Assembly (NCBI GenBank): GCA_024403825.1
Contig: JAKSRB010000001.1
Location: forward strand, 10,124-74,123
DNA from: Ruminococcus sp.
GTDB taxonomy: Bacteria > Bacillota > Clostridia > Oscillospirales > Acutalibacteraceae
DNA length: 64,000 bases
Reading direction: 5' to 3'
Below the pieces are notes generated by a model that did no database searches, was not told the origin of the DNA, and saw only the letters and a list, made by a program, of their open reading frames with translations. The translations under genes and the position numbers were made by a program. Shown piece by piece: positions 39,697 to 48,424 of the stretch (positions are counted from its first letter, which is position 1; each line of letters begins with the position of its first letter).

Positions 39697-41553
39697 ATGG
39701 TAAGTAAGGAAGTTGAAAAACTGCTTCTAAAGGTTCAGAAGCCAGGAAGATATGTTGGTGGTGAGCTTAACGAAGTAATTAAAGATAAAAAGGATGTTGA
39801 TGTAAGATTTGCATTTTGTTTTCCAGATACATATGAAGTCGGAATGTCACATCTTGGAATGAAGATTTTATACAGTCTGTTTAATAAAGTTCCGTATATC
39901 TGGTGTGAACGAGTTTTTGCTCCATGGATAGATATGGAAGATTTAATGCTTGAAAATAATATTCCTCTTTATGCTCTTGAAAGTGGCGACCCACTTACTG
40001 ATTTTGATTTTATCGGTTTTACTCTCCAATATGAATTGAGCTTTACAAATATGCTTAATATGCTAAAGCTGGCAAATATACCAATTAAAACAGAGGACAG
40101 AAAAGAATTAAAAAATATTGTATGTGCAGGCGGTCCTTGTGCGTGCAATCCAGAGCCAATAGCTGACTTTGTTGATTTGTTTTTTATTGGCGAGGGCGAA
40201 GAAGTAGATTTGGAAGTAATTGAGCTTTACAGAAAATGCAGAAATGAAAACAAATCTAAACAAGAATTTCTTGAGCTTGCGGCTCAGATTGAGGGTGTAT
40301 ATGTTCCATCACTTTATGAGGTGACTTATAATGATGACGGCACTATAAAGGCATTTACACCAAAAGGAAATGCACCGTCAGTTATTCATAAAAGAATTAT
40401 GCTTGAAATGGACAATGTTTATTATCCTGATAACTTCGTAGTTCCGAATATTGAAATAGTACATGACAGAGCGGTTCAGGAAATTTTCAGAGGTTGTATT
40501 CGTGGATGTCGTTTTTGTCAGGCTGGATTTATTTATCGTCCTGTAAGGGAAAAATCTCCTGACACTATTAATGCTCAATGCAAGGCTTTGTGTGCAAATA
40601 CCGGTTATGACGAGGTTTCTCTTTCGTCCTTGAGTTCAAGCGATTATAGCCAGATAGTTCCATTGCTTGAAAAGCTTACGGAGTGGAGCAAAGATGAAAA
40701 AGTAAGTATCTCATTACCGTCACTCAGAGTTGACGGATTTACCGATGAAATTATGAACAGAATAAAAACAGTACGAAAAAGCGGACTTACCTTTGCTCCT
40801 GAGGCAGGAAGTCAGAGAATGAGAGATGTTATCAACAAAAATGTAATGGAAGACGAGCTTTTAAAAACCTGTACTACAGCTTTTGAGGGTGGTTGGACAA
40901 CTGTAAAATTGTATTTTATGATAGGTTTGCCAACAGAAACCTTTGAGGATTGTGCGGCAATAGCAGAGCTTGGACAAAAGGTAGTTGATGCATATTATAA
41001 TTGTCCGTCAAAACAAAAGGGTAAATCTGTAAAGGTTACTGTATCAGCATCATGCTTTGTACCAAAGCCGTTTACACCGTTTCAATGGGAACCTCAGGAT
41101 ACTGCTCAGATGTTTGTTGATAAACAAAATCATATTAAGGATACTATTAAAACAAGAAAAATTCAATTTAATTACCACGATTCAAGTACAAGTTATCTTG
41201 AGGCAGTTTTTGCAAGAGGTGACAGAAGGCTTTGCAAAGCAATGGAAATAGCTTGTGAGCGAGGATTTCATTTTGATGGTTGGGGTGATTGCTTCGATTT
41301 ACAGAAATGGCTTGATATTTTTGAGGAATGTGGTATTGACCCAACATTTTATGCAAACAGACGAAGGGATTTTGACGAGATTTTACCTTGGGACCATATT
41401 GATTATGGTGTTACAAAAAAATATTTATTAAAGGAATGTCAGAAAGCATATGAAAACACCACAACTCCACATTGCCGATTAAAATGCAATAACTGTGGTG
41501 CAGCAAAATACGGAAGGGGTGTATGCTTTGAAAAGCGTGAGAATATGGTTTAA
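39697..41553 (+). CDS. TIGR03960 family B12-binding radical SAM protein
   Basis: VQKPGRYVGGE, FPDTYEVGMSHLG, RGCIRGCRFCQAG and LPSLR motifs. Confidence 0.92.
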   Translation: MVSKEVEKLLLKVQKPGRYVGGELNEVIKDKKDVDVRFAFCFPDTYEVGMSHLGMKILYSLFNKVPYIWCERVFAPWIDMEDLMLENNIPLYALESGDPLTDFDFIGFTLQYELSFTNMLNMLKLANIPIKTEDRKELKNIVCAGGPCACNPEPIADFVDLFFIGEGEEVDLEVIELYRKCRNENKSKQEFLELAAQIEGVYVPSLYEVTYNDDGTIKAFTPKGNAPSVIHKRIMLEMDNVYYPDNFVVPNIEIVHDRAVQEIFRGCIRGCRFCQAGFIYRPVREKSPDTINAQCKALCANTGYDEVSLSSLSSSDYSQIVPLLEKLTEWSKDEKVSISLPSLRVDGFTDEIMNRIKTVRKSGLTFAPEAGSQRMRDVINKNVMEDELLKTCTTAFEGGWTTVKLYFMIGLPTETFEDCAAIAELGQKVVDAYYNCPSKQKGKSVKVTVSASCFVPKPFTPFQWEPQDTAQMFVDKQNHIKDTIKTRKIQFNYHDSSTSYLEAVFARGDRRLCKAMEIACERGFHFDGWGDCFDLQKWLDIFEECGIDPTFYANRRRDFDEILPWDHIDYGVTKKYLLKECQKAYENTTTPHCRLKCNNCGAAKYGRGVCFEKRENMV

Positions 41554-42187
41554 AAAAGATAATGAGTGCAGATATATTTCACATTTGGATTTAAATCGCT
41601 GTATGCTCAGAGCATTACATAAAAGTAAAATACCGATTTGGCATACTGAGGGATTTAATCCACATCCTTTTGCAACATTTCCGTTGCCTCTTTCATTAGG
41701 CTTCAGAGGGATAAATGAATGTATGGATGTAAAGCTCGAAGATGATAATTATTCATATCAGGATATTATTAATAAAATGAATGATTGTCTGCCACGAGGA
41801 ATAAGGGTATTTAATGTTACTGAACCACAAATGAAAGCAGGAAAAATTGCATATGCTGAATTTAAGATGATTTTTGAAGACAGCAGGACAAGCTCGCATA
41901 CCATTTGTAATCAGTTAGCTGAATTATTGAACCTTGAAAAGATTGAAATTGAAAAGAAATCTAAAAAAGGTATGAAATTAGTTGACATTAAGCCTGCGAT
42001 AAAAAGCTACAAAATCATAGAAAATTTTGATAATGCTGAATTAAACATAATATTATCGGCAGGCAGTACAGAAAATGTGAATCCGAATTTACTTGTAACA
42101 TCATTAAATAACAGATTTGAGGTTGAATATCAGGTTGATATAACAAAAATTGACCTATATGATTCTGAAATGAAAAAATTTAGATAG
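41528..42187 (+). CDS. TIGR03936 radical SAM-linked protein (DUF2344)
   Basis: RYISHLDL.R...RA and GFNPHP motifs, coupled to TIGR03960. TTG 41528 after GGGGTG. Confidence 0.9.
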   Translation: MKSVRIWFKKDNECRYISHLDLNRCMLRALHKSKIPIWHTEGFNPHPFATFPLPLSLGFRGINECMDVKLEDDNYSYQDIINKMNDCLPRGIRVFNVTEPQMKAGKIAYAEFKMIFEDSRTSSHTICNQLAELLNLEKIEIEKKSKKGMKLVDIKPAIKSYKIIENFDNAELNIILSAGSTENVNPNLLVTSLNNRFEVEYQVDITKIDLYDSEMKKFR

Positions 42188-42240
42188 AATTGTTAGATTT
42201 TTAAAAAACTTCTATAAATTTTCACTTTGATTTGTTGTTT

Positions 42241-42274
42241 TTGTCATATAACTGTCACATAAAATCAGTATTAT
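42241..42274 (+). promoter_or_regulatory. OmpR/PhoB-type direct-repeat box plus -10 element
   Basis: TTGTCATATAACTGTCAC (TGTCAT-N5-TGTCAC, 11-nt period), 10 nt upstream of TATTAT. Confidence 0.65.
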
Positions 42275-42280
42275 ATAGTC

Positions 42281-42375
42281 ACAATATAAATACAAGTTCA
42301 TTTTTGGTGAATTTTTTCATAGATTTTCCTCTCAGAATTAAAGACCGACAGGCTGAGTCGGTCTTTAATCATTTT
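42281..42375 (+). ncRNA. Candidate ~95-nt small RNA with anti-SD/anti-start tract and terminator
   Basis: Predicted promoter upstream, TTTTTTCATAGATTTTCCTCTC at 42312-42333, and a perfect 13-bp hairpin ATTAAAGACCGAC/GTCGGTCTTTAAT (42337-42369) followed by CATTTT. Confidence 0.45.
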
Positions 42376-42387
42376 CAGGTGGTTTTT

Positions 42388-43299
42388 ATGTATTACTATT
42401 ATTCGTTAAATGAATATTTAAAAAATACCTTTGGTGAGAAGGTTTATAAAATTTCTCTTGACGGTGGTATGACCTGTCCAAACAGAGATGGAACATTAGG
42501 GAATAAGGGTTGTATTTTTTGCAGTAGTGGAGGTTCAGGCGAGTTTGCCACCAGTAGAAATTTATCAGTTGCAGAACAGCTTGAACAGGCTAAAAACAGA
42601 ATAAAAAGTAAAACTAAATGCCAAAAATTTATTGCATATTTCCAGCCGTTCACCAATACATATGCAGATATAGAATATCTAAGAAAAATTTATATGCAGG
42701 CGATTGAGAATGATGAAGTAGTTGCATTGTCTATTGCAACTCGTCCTGATTGTCTTGGTGAAGATGTACTTGGATTGCTTAAAAATATCAATAAAATCAA
42801 ACCAGTATGGATTGAGCTTGGCTTGCAGACAATTCATAAATCAAGTGCTGATTACATACGGAGAGGCTATGAGCTTGATGTCTATGATAGGGCAGTTGAA
42901 AATTTAAGAAAAATAAACATAAATGTAATAACACATATTATTCTGGGTTTGCCTTATGAAACCAAAGAAATGATGCTTGAAACCGTTAAATATGTAGGTG
43001 AGAGGACAGACGGAATTAAGCTGCAGTTATTGCATATTCTAAAGGATACAGATTTACTTGAGGAGTATGAAAAACAGAAATTTCAAACTTTGTCACTTGA
43101 AGAATACATAGATATTTTGTGTGATTGCATTGAAGTTTTGCCAAAAAATGTTGTAATTCACCGCTTAACAGGTGACGGTGATAAAAAAATACTTGTTGCA
43201 CCGTTATGGAGCGGAGATAAAAAAAGAGTATTGAATACAATAAATAAAGCTTTTAATGATAGAAATATTATTCAAGGAAAAAATGTTCATATAGATTAA
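42388..43299 (+). CDS. TIGR01212 (YhcC/YtqA) family radical SAM protein
   Basis: SLDGGMTCPNRDG...GCIFC, YFQPFTNTY, SIATRPDCL, ELGLQT and HRLTGD motifs. ATG 42388 after AGGTGG (track start 42232 is spurious). Confidence 0.92.
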   Translation: MYYYYSLNEYLKNTFGEKVYKISLDGGMTCPNRDGTLGNKGCIFCSSGGSGEFATSRNLSVAEQLEQAKNRIKSKTKCQKFIAYFQPFTNTYADIEYLRKIYMQAIENDEVVALSIATRPDCLGEDVLGLLKNINKIKPVWIELGLQTIHKSSADYIRRGYELDVYDRAVENLRKININVITHIILGLPYETKEMMLETVKYVGERTDGIKLQLLHILKDTDLLEEYEKQKFQTLSLEEYIDILCDCIEVLPKNVVIHRLTGDGDKKILVAPLWSGDKKRVLNTINKAFNDRNIIQGKNVHID

Positions 43300-43418
43300 T
43301 AAATAGCATAATAATAAAATCTCAAAAAATTATTAAAAAATATTCAAAATTGCGTGATTTTTTAGAGATAATATGTTATACTAAAAGAAAATAAATCAAT
43401 TATAATGAGGTGTTTAAA

Positions 43419-43778
43419 ATGAAAATGGATAAAAAAGTGCTTTTTACTACAGCTTTTGCTGCTGCAGCAATTACAGCAGGAGTGGCTGCTGTAATTACAA
43501 ATAAATTATTAAAGTCAAGGTGTCAGCCAATGTATTTACCTGCTCCACCTGAGAATGATGAAAAGTGTGAAGCTGTAAAAAACAATAAAGCTGAGGAAAG
43601 CTGTATTACAGAGCCTGAGGATATTATAATTGCCGAAGTTACAAATGATGATTCACTTTCATTTGAATATGAGGACAGTCCTTCTTCAAGTATTACTGCT
43701 GAAAATGATGATGAAATTAATGTTTCAGAATCCTTAAATTATGTTGAAGCTGAAGATACACAAAATATAGAGTTTTGA
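43419..43778 (+). CDS. Hypothetical protein with N-terminal membrane anchor and acidic tail
   Basis: GAGGTG RBS, Ala-rich hydrophobic segment, E/D-rich C-terminus, own terminator. Confidence 0.7.
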   Translation: MKMDKKVLFTTAFAAAAITAGVAAVITNKLLKSRCQPMYLPAPPENDEKCEAVKNNKAEESCITEPEDIIIAEVTNDDSLSFEYEDSPSSSITAENDDEINVSESLNYVEAEDTQNIEF

Positions 43779-43820
43779 TTTGAATGATACAGAAACAATG
43801 CTCTAATTAACAAATCTTTG

Positions 43821-43856
43821 AAAATCAGGAGGAATAATTAATTTCCTCCTGATTTT
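43821..43856. terminator. Intrinsic terminator
   Basis: AAAATCAGGAGGAA ... TTCCTCCTGATTTT 14-bp stem. Confidence 0.8.
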
Positions 43857-43903
43857 GTATAAACTGTATAATTATATGTTATGATGTTCTAACAGTTTTT
43901 TAG

Positions 43904-43931
43904 TTGACAAATTTTCAAAAAATGATATTCT
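43904..43931 (+). promoter_or_regulatory. sigmaA-type promoter for the 43997 gene
   Basis: TTGACA-16-TATTCT with extended TG. Confidence 0.5.
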
Positions 43932-43996
43932 ATATAGTAGGAAGTTTTTATTTTCTTCAAAATATTATTCAAATGTGGGGAGCGTAATAATATATT

Positions 43997-44512
43997 ATGA
44001 AAAAATTTCTGATTTTTGTTTTGATTATCGCAATACTTGGTGGAGGATATTTCCTTTACACAAATCCAGCCTATGTTGATGCAGTAAAGCGTGTTACAGA
44101 AAAATCTGAGGATCAGAAAGAGTTGGATGGAGAATATGTGTTTTTAATGGGTAAAAAGGTTTTAAATGTACAGGAACACCTAAAGGAAATCTCAGTGGGT
44201 AAGAAAATTATGGTAGATTCTCAGGCGTCAGTATCTTTTAAGATTGTTATACCAAAGTCAAATACAATTCTATCACAATATGCTAAAAATCTTTCTGATG
44301 AATTTAATGATTGTGGATTTTCTACTACAGTATCTTCATCAAATGATACACCACTAAGATTTTCAATTTTAACAGGAAATTACGATTTTGCGATAATTCC
44401 ATCGAATTTTATAGATTACTCAGGAGTAACACCTGGTACATATTTCCAGTTATCCGCAGATAATATGGCTTGGGCAACAGCATATGCGGCTACTTATGAT
44501 GATTATTATTAA
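43997..44512 (+). CDS. Hypothetical membrane-anchored extracellular protein
   Basis: MKKFLIFVLIIAILGGG anchor, own promoter and terminator. C-terminal half resembles a lobe of family-5 solute-binding proteins. Confidence 0.75.
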   Translation: MKKFLIFVLIIAILGGGYFLYTNPAYVDAVKRVTEKSEDQKELDGEYVFLMGKKVLNVQEHLKEISVGKKIMVDSQASVSFKIVIPKSNTILSQYAKNLSDEFNDCGFSTTVSSSNDTPLRFSILTGNYDFAIIPSNFIDYSGVTPGTYFQLSADNMAWATAYAATYDDYY

Positions 44513-44519
44513 TTAGTAC

Positions 44520-44555
44520 AAAAACAACTCTGCAAATATTTGCAGAGTTGTTTTT
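44520..44555. terminator. 36-bp perfect palindrome, bidirectional terminator
   Basis: AAAAACAACTCTGCAAAT|ATTTGCAGAGTTGTTTTT. Confidence 0.85.
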
Positions 44556-44606
44556 TAATATAGACACTTTATCAATAGTTGGGTAACAACAAAATGGAAG
44601 AAAATG

Positions 44607-44638
44607 CAAGCGATGGTGTTAAGCTGTCGCTTGTTTTT
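44607..44638 (+). repeat. Hairpin 29/32 identical to the gdhA terminator
   Basis: CAAGCGATGG-tgttaag-CTGTCGCTTG-TTTTT versus CAAGCAATAG-tgttaag-CTGTTGCTTG-TTTTT at 8455-8486. Confidence 0.75.
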
Positions 44639-45086
44639 ATCTCAGTTTTTTAAAAAAATCTTTCAGGAGCTGAGAACATTCGTCAGCCATAATTCCACCA
44701 CAATATTCTGGTTTGAAATTATATGGCATTTCAAACAGATTTGTTATTGTTCCGCAAGAGCCGTTTTTAAAATCATATGCTCCAAAATATACCTTAGGAA
44801 TATGTGCATTTATTATTGCACCGGCACACATTGGACAGGGTTCAAGTGTTACATATATTTCACAGTTCCATAATCTCCAGCCTCCAAGCTTTTGGCACGC
44901 TTGATTTATAGCATCAATTTCAGCATGCAGCAAGGCATTTTTTTCGGTTTCTCTTTTATTTCTGCCAATGGATATAATTTCACTGTTTCTTACAATTACT
45001 GCTCCCACAGGTACTTCCTTTTCTTCTGCTGCCTGTCTGGCTGCCTGAATTGCTTTTTTCATAAATTCTTCGTTGTAGTTTTGCAT
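44637..45086 (-). CDS. tadA: tRNA adenosine(34) deaminase
   Basis: EVPVGAVIV, HAEIDAI, YVTLEPCPMCAGAI and FGAYD motifs. Confidence 0.93.
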   Translation of the reverse strand: MQNYNEEFMKKAIQAARQAAEEKEVPVGAVIVRNSEIISIGRNKRETEKNALLHAEIDAINQACQKLGGWRLWNCEIYVTLEPCPMCAGAIINAHIPKVYFGAYDFKNGSCGTITNLFEMPYNFKPEYCGGIMADECSQLLKDFFKKLR

Positions 45087-45110
45087 TTTATCCTCTTTAT
45101 CTTAATTTTT

Positions 45111-45150
45111 AACCCCGTACAAGTTTAGGTTTATACGGGGTTGATTTTTT
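45111..45150 (+). terminator. Hairpin between CPBP gene and tadA with the U-tract on the + strand
   Basis: AACCCCGTA ... TACGGGGTT followed by GATTTTTT on +. The minus strand has only A-runs. Confidence 0.55.
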
Positions 45151-45154
45151 ATAT

Positions 45155-46213
45155 TTAATTTGTTGTAATATTTCCGAAAATTCCAAGTGAATATAAAGTA
45201 GTAACAAAAAATATACTTAACGATATTAATACACCGAAAGTGGAAAAACATTCAATTATTTTTTCCTTTAATGAAAATTCAGAAATTATCTGATAATTAG
45301 TTCCAGACTTATTATCCATTTTGAAAAAATACTTATAATTATTACTTAGATATATAAATGAAATGATTCCCAGTAGGCAAAATACTATAACTACAATAAT
45401 ATATACAATGTTTAATATTTTGTCATTTACAATATTGCTTGTATTGAGAATATCAATCATAACAGCATAGAAATTATTAATAAAGTGAATTGTGATTGAT
45501 GGAAGTAACGAGTTTGTTTTGCAGTCTATATATGCGAAAATCAGACCTAATATAAATGCAAATGGTATCTGAGAAATATTGCCATGCATTGCTCCGAAAA
45601 GAATCGCAGAGGTAATTATTGCAAAGACATCTCCGTATTTTCTTAATGTTCCCATTACCACTCCTCTGAAAGCAAATTCTTCGGCAAAGGCAGGAACAAT
45701 GGCTGTTGATATTATATAAAGTATGTTGCCAAATAATGTTGGAGCAGAGTTTTCAAAACTAATTTGATTTTCAAGTCCAAATAGCGAAAAGTTGTTGCTT
45801 ACAATTTCTGATGCATAATTTGCAATCATTGCAGCTGCCATTCCTATTGCGATAATAGGAAAAAATAAATCTGCTTTTACCTTATGTACAGGTATAGTTT
45901 CAAAAATATTGTTTCCTGAAAACAAGAAATAAAATAATCCGGGAATAAATGCGGATAATGTGCTTACAAATATAGTCAGCAAAAACATTGGTACTGTATT
46001 GGAGCTTGATAGGAGTGAGGAATCTCCAGTAACAGCAAGCAGGATGATTTCTATGATAATAGCACTTACTATCATAAATAAGTTATAGCTAAGCACAAAA
46101 AATCCTAAACCGTTTGATGTTTTTCTAAGTTTTTTCCGTTCTAATTGTTTTATGTTATTTTTCAGTATTTCGTCTGAATTGACATAATTACTGTAATTTG
46201 GTGTATTATTCAA
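45155..46213 (-). CDS. CPBP/Abi (CAAX-type) intramembrane metalloprotease
   Basis: EEFAFRG, FGAMH and HFINN motifs, many TM segments. TTG 46213 after GGGGAG. Confidence 0.9.
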   Translation of the reverse strand: MNNTPNYSNYVNSDEILKNNIKQLERKKLRKTSNGLGFFVLSYNLFMIVSAIIIEIILLAVTGDSSLLSSSNTVPMFLLTIFVSTLSAFIPGLFYFLFSGNNIFETIPVHKVKADLFFPIIAIGMAAAMIANYASEIVSNNFSLFGLENQISFENSAPTLFGNILYIISTAIVPAFAEEFAFRGVVMGTLRKYGDVFAIITSAILFGAMHGNISQIPFAFILGLIFAYIDCKTNSLLPSITIHFINNFYAVMIDILNTSNIVNDKILNIVYIIVVIVFCLLGIISFIYLSNNYKYFFKMDNKSGTNYQIISEFSLKEKIIECFSTFGVLISLSIFFVTTLYSLGIFGNITTN

Positions 46214-46393
46214 ATTTAATCTCCCCAAAAAATGTTAATGTAATAATCTTTATAATATCATATATATAATTCTTTTTCAAGAAATATATCAGAGTTGTTA
46301 TACTTAAATTACAGTTGCTCAATTCTATTGACAAAAACGGATTTATTGTGATAACATATATTTATTATATAGATATAGAAAGGATGTTCAGTC

Positions 46394-47134
46394 GTGATAA
46401 CTGCTATGCTTTTTGCCGGTGGAAGCGGTGTGAGAATGAAGGATTCTGATATTCCAAAGCAATTTCTTGAAATCGGCGGTAAACCGATTATTATTCATAC
46501 TATTGAACATTTTGCAAATCATCCATTGGTAGATGCCATTGTGGTTGCTTGCAAAGCAGATTGGATTGAATATCTTAATAATTTAATAAAAGAATTTAAT
46601 GTTCCAAAGTTTCGTGCTGTAGTTCCAGGAGGTAAAACTGGATTTGACTCAATTCATAATGGTGTAGTTGCGGTTGCTGGATTTTCCAAAAATCCTGATG
46701 ATATTATACTTATTTGTGACGGTGTTCGTCCTATGCTGTCTGAAAAACTAATCACAAACTGTATTAATGATACTATTAAATATAAATCGGCTGTTCCTGT
46801 TACTCCGAGCATTGATTCATTGCTTTATAGCGAGGACGGTATATCTTGTGGAAAAAGCTATCAAAGAAGTACAATGTATATTACTCAAGCACCTCAGGGT
46901 TATACTATGGAGCGGATTTTATGGGCTCATAACGAGGCTTATAAAAGAGGAATTACTAATCCTGTTTCTTCAAGTGAGCTTTTTATTGAGTTGGGTGAAA
47001 AGGTGCATATTTTCCTTGGTGAAAGATTTAATATTAAAGTCACCACTTCGGAGGATTTAACTACGCTCAGAGCACAGTTTTATTATAATAATTACAAACA
47101 ATTTGCTAAGGAAGAATTAAAATATGGATTGTAA
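46394..47134 (+). CDS. IspD/TarI-family cytidylyltransferase (copy 1)
   Basis: FAGGSGVRM...PKQF, CDGVRP, QAPQ and NIKVTTSEDL motifs. Confidence 0.9.
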   Translation: MITAMLFAGGSGVRMKDSDIPKQFLEIGGKPIIIHTIEHFANHPLVDAIVVACKADWIEYLNNLIKEFNVPKFRAVVPGGKTGFDSIHNGVVAVAGFSKNPDDIILICDGVRPMLSEKLITNCINDTIKYKSAVPVTPSIDSLLYSEDGISCGKSYQRSTMYITQAPQGYTMERILWAHNEAYKRGITNPVSSSELFIELGEKVHIFLGERFNIKVTTSEDLTTLRAQFYYNNYKQFAKEELKYGL

Positions 47135-48203
47135 GGTTAAAGCTCTTATAAAAAATTCTGTATATCAGGATATTTTGGAAATAGTATCCTCTGATATAGA
47201 TTGGAAAAAATTTTCAGGCAAAACTATTTTAATTACAGGTGCAGGCGGTTTTATCGGATATTACTTATCACTTGCATTTCTTTTGAGAAATGATTTATAT
47301 TCTGAGAATATTAAGGTAATTGCCCTTGTAAGAAATAAAAGCAAGGCTCAGAATAAATTCGGCTATTTACTAAATCGTGATGATTTGGTTCTTTGTGTAC
47401 AAGATGTAAATGAAAGTATTAGTTGCCAGAAAGCTGATTATGTTATACATATGGCAAGTCAGGCAAGTAATATTCAGTTTGAAAATGACCCTGTAGGTAC
47501 TATTAATGCAAATCTCTCTGGAACTGCAAATGTTTTGGATTTTGCCAAAAAATCCTGTAGTGAGGCTGTTTTAATTGTATCGAGTCTTAAGGTTTATGGA
47601 ACTGTTTTCAAGGGTGATGAAAAAATTAAAGAGGAAGATTTGGGATATATAGATTTTACATCATATAAAAATTGCTATGCAATGGGCAAGAGAGCTTCTG
47701 AAACTCTTGCGGCAAGCTATGTAAAGCAATACGGTATGAATATTAAAATCGCAAGGCCAAGCTATATTTATGGTGCAAGCAGTCTTGATGATGACAGAGT
47801 GTGGGCTCAGTTTATTGCTAATGTTGTAAAAAACGAGGATATACTTCTTAAAAGCAACGGAGTCGCAAATCGTTCCTTCTGTTATGTTTCAGATACAGCA
47901 TCGGCTTTGCTTTATATTATGCTTAATGGTGTAGATTCTGTGCCGTATAATATTTCAAATGAAAAGTCAGATACTACTATCAGAAATTTTGCTAAGACTG
48001 CCTGTGAGGTATTTCCTGAGCGAAATATCAAGCTGTCATTTGCTAATAAGGAAGATGAATTTTACGATACTTCTCAGAAATCTGTGCTTGCTCCAACGGC
48101 AGAAATTCTTGATAATTCTAAAATTCTGGCTCTTGGCTGGATTCCAAAGGTTGATTTAGCTGAGGGAATAAAGCGTTCTGTAAAAATTCTTGAGGAGAAA
48201 TAA
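47124..48203 (+). CDS. Extended SDR NAD-dependent epimerase/dehydratase/reductase
   Basis: ITGAGGFIG, SSLKVYG, YAMGK (YxxxK) and RSFCYVSD motifs, coupled to the cytidylyltransferase. Confidence 0.88.
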   Translation: MDCKVKALIKNSVYQDILEIVSSDIDWKKFSGKTILITGAGGFIGYYLSLAFLLRNDLYSENIKVIALVRNKSKAQNKFGYLLNRDDLVLCVQDVNESISCQKADYVIHMASQASNIQFENDPVGTINANLSGTANVLDFAKKSCSEAVLIVSSLKVYGTVFKGDEKIKEEDLGYIDFTSYKNCYAMGKRASETLAASYVKQYGMNIKIARPSYIYGASSLDDDRVWAQFIANVVKNEDILLKSNGVANRSFCYVSDTASALLYIMLNGVDSVPYNISNEKSDTTIRNFAKTACEVFPERNIKLSFANKEDEFYDTSQKSVLAPTAEILDNSKILALGWIPKVDLAEGIKRSVKILEEK

Positions 48204-48208
48204 TGCTT

Positions 48209-48229
48209 AGGAGCCTTTTGGCTCCTTTT
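48209..48229 (+). terminator. Terminator after SDR gene
   Basis: AGGAGCC-tttt-GGCTCCT followed by TTT. Confidence 0.7.
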
Positions 48230-48322
48230 ACATTTTACATTCATTAATTCTGTATTATTGTCTTAAATTTTATCTTATTTTGTTTTTATTTCTATCTTAT
48301 CATACAATATGTTATACCTCTA

Positions 48323-48352
48323 TTGACAAAAAAGCTGGAAATGTGGTATTAT
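48323..48352 (+). promoter_or_regulatory. sigmaA-type promoter for the second polyol unit
   Basis: TTGACA-18-TATTAT with extended TG. Confidence 0.55.
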
Positions 48353-48424
48353 AAATTAGTTTATAGATGTATAATTTTGTAAATTGAATTTTAGTTATAT
48401 TTATTTTTCTACGGAGGAAGAGTA

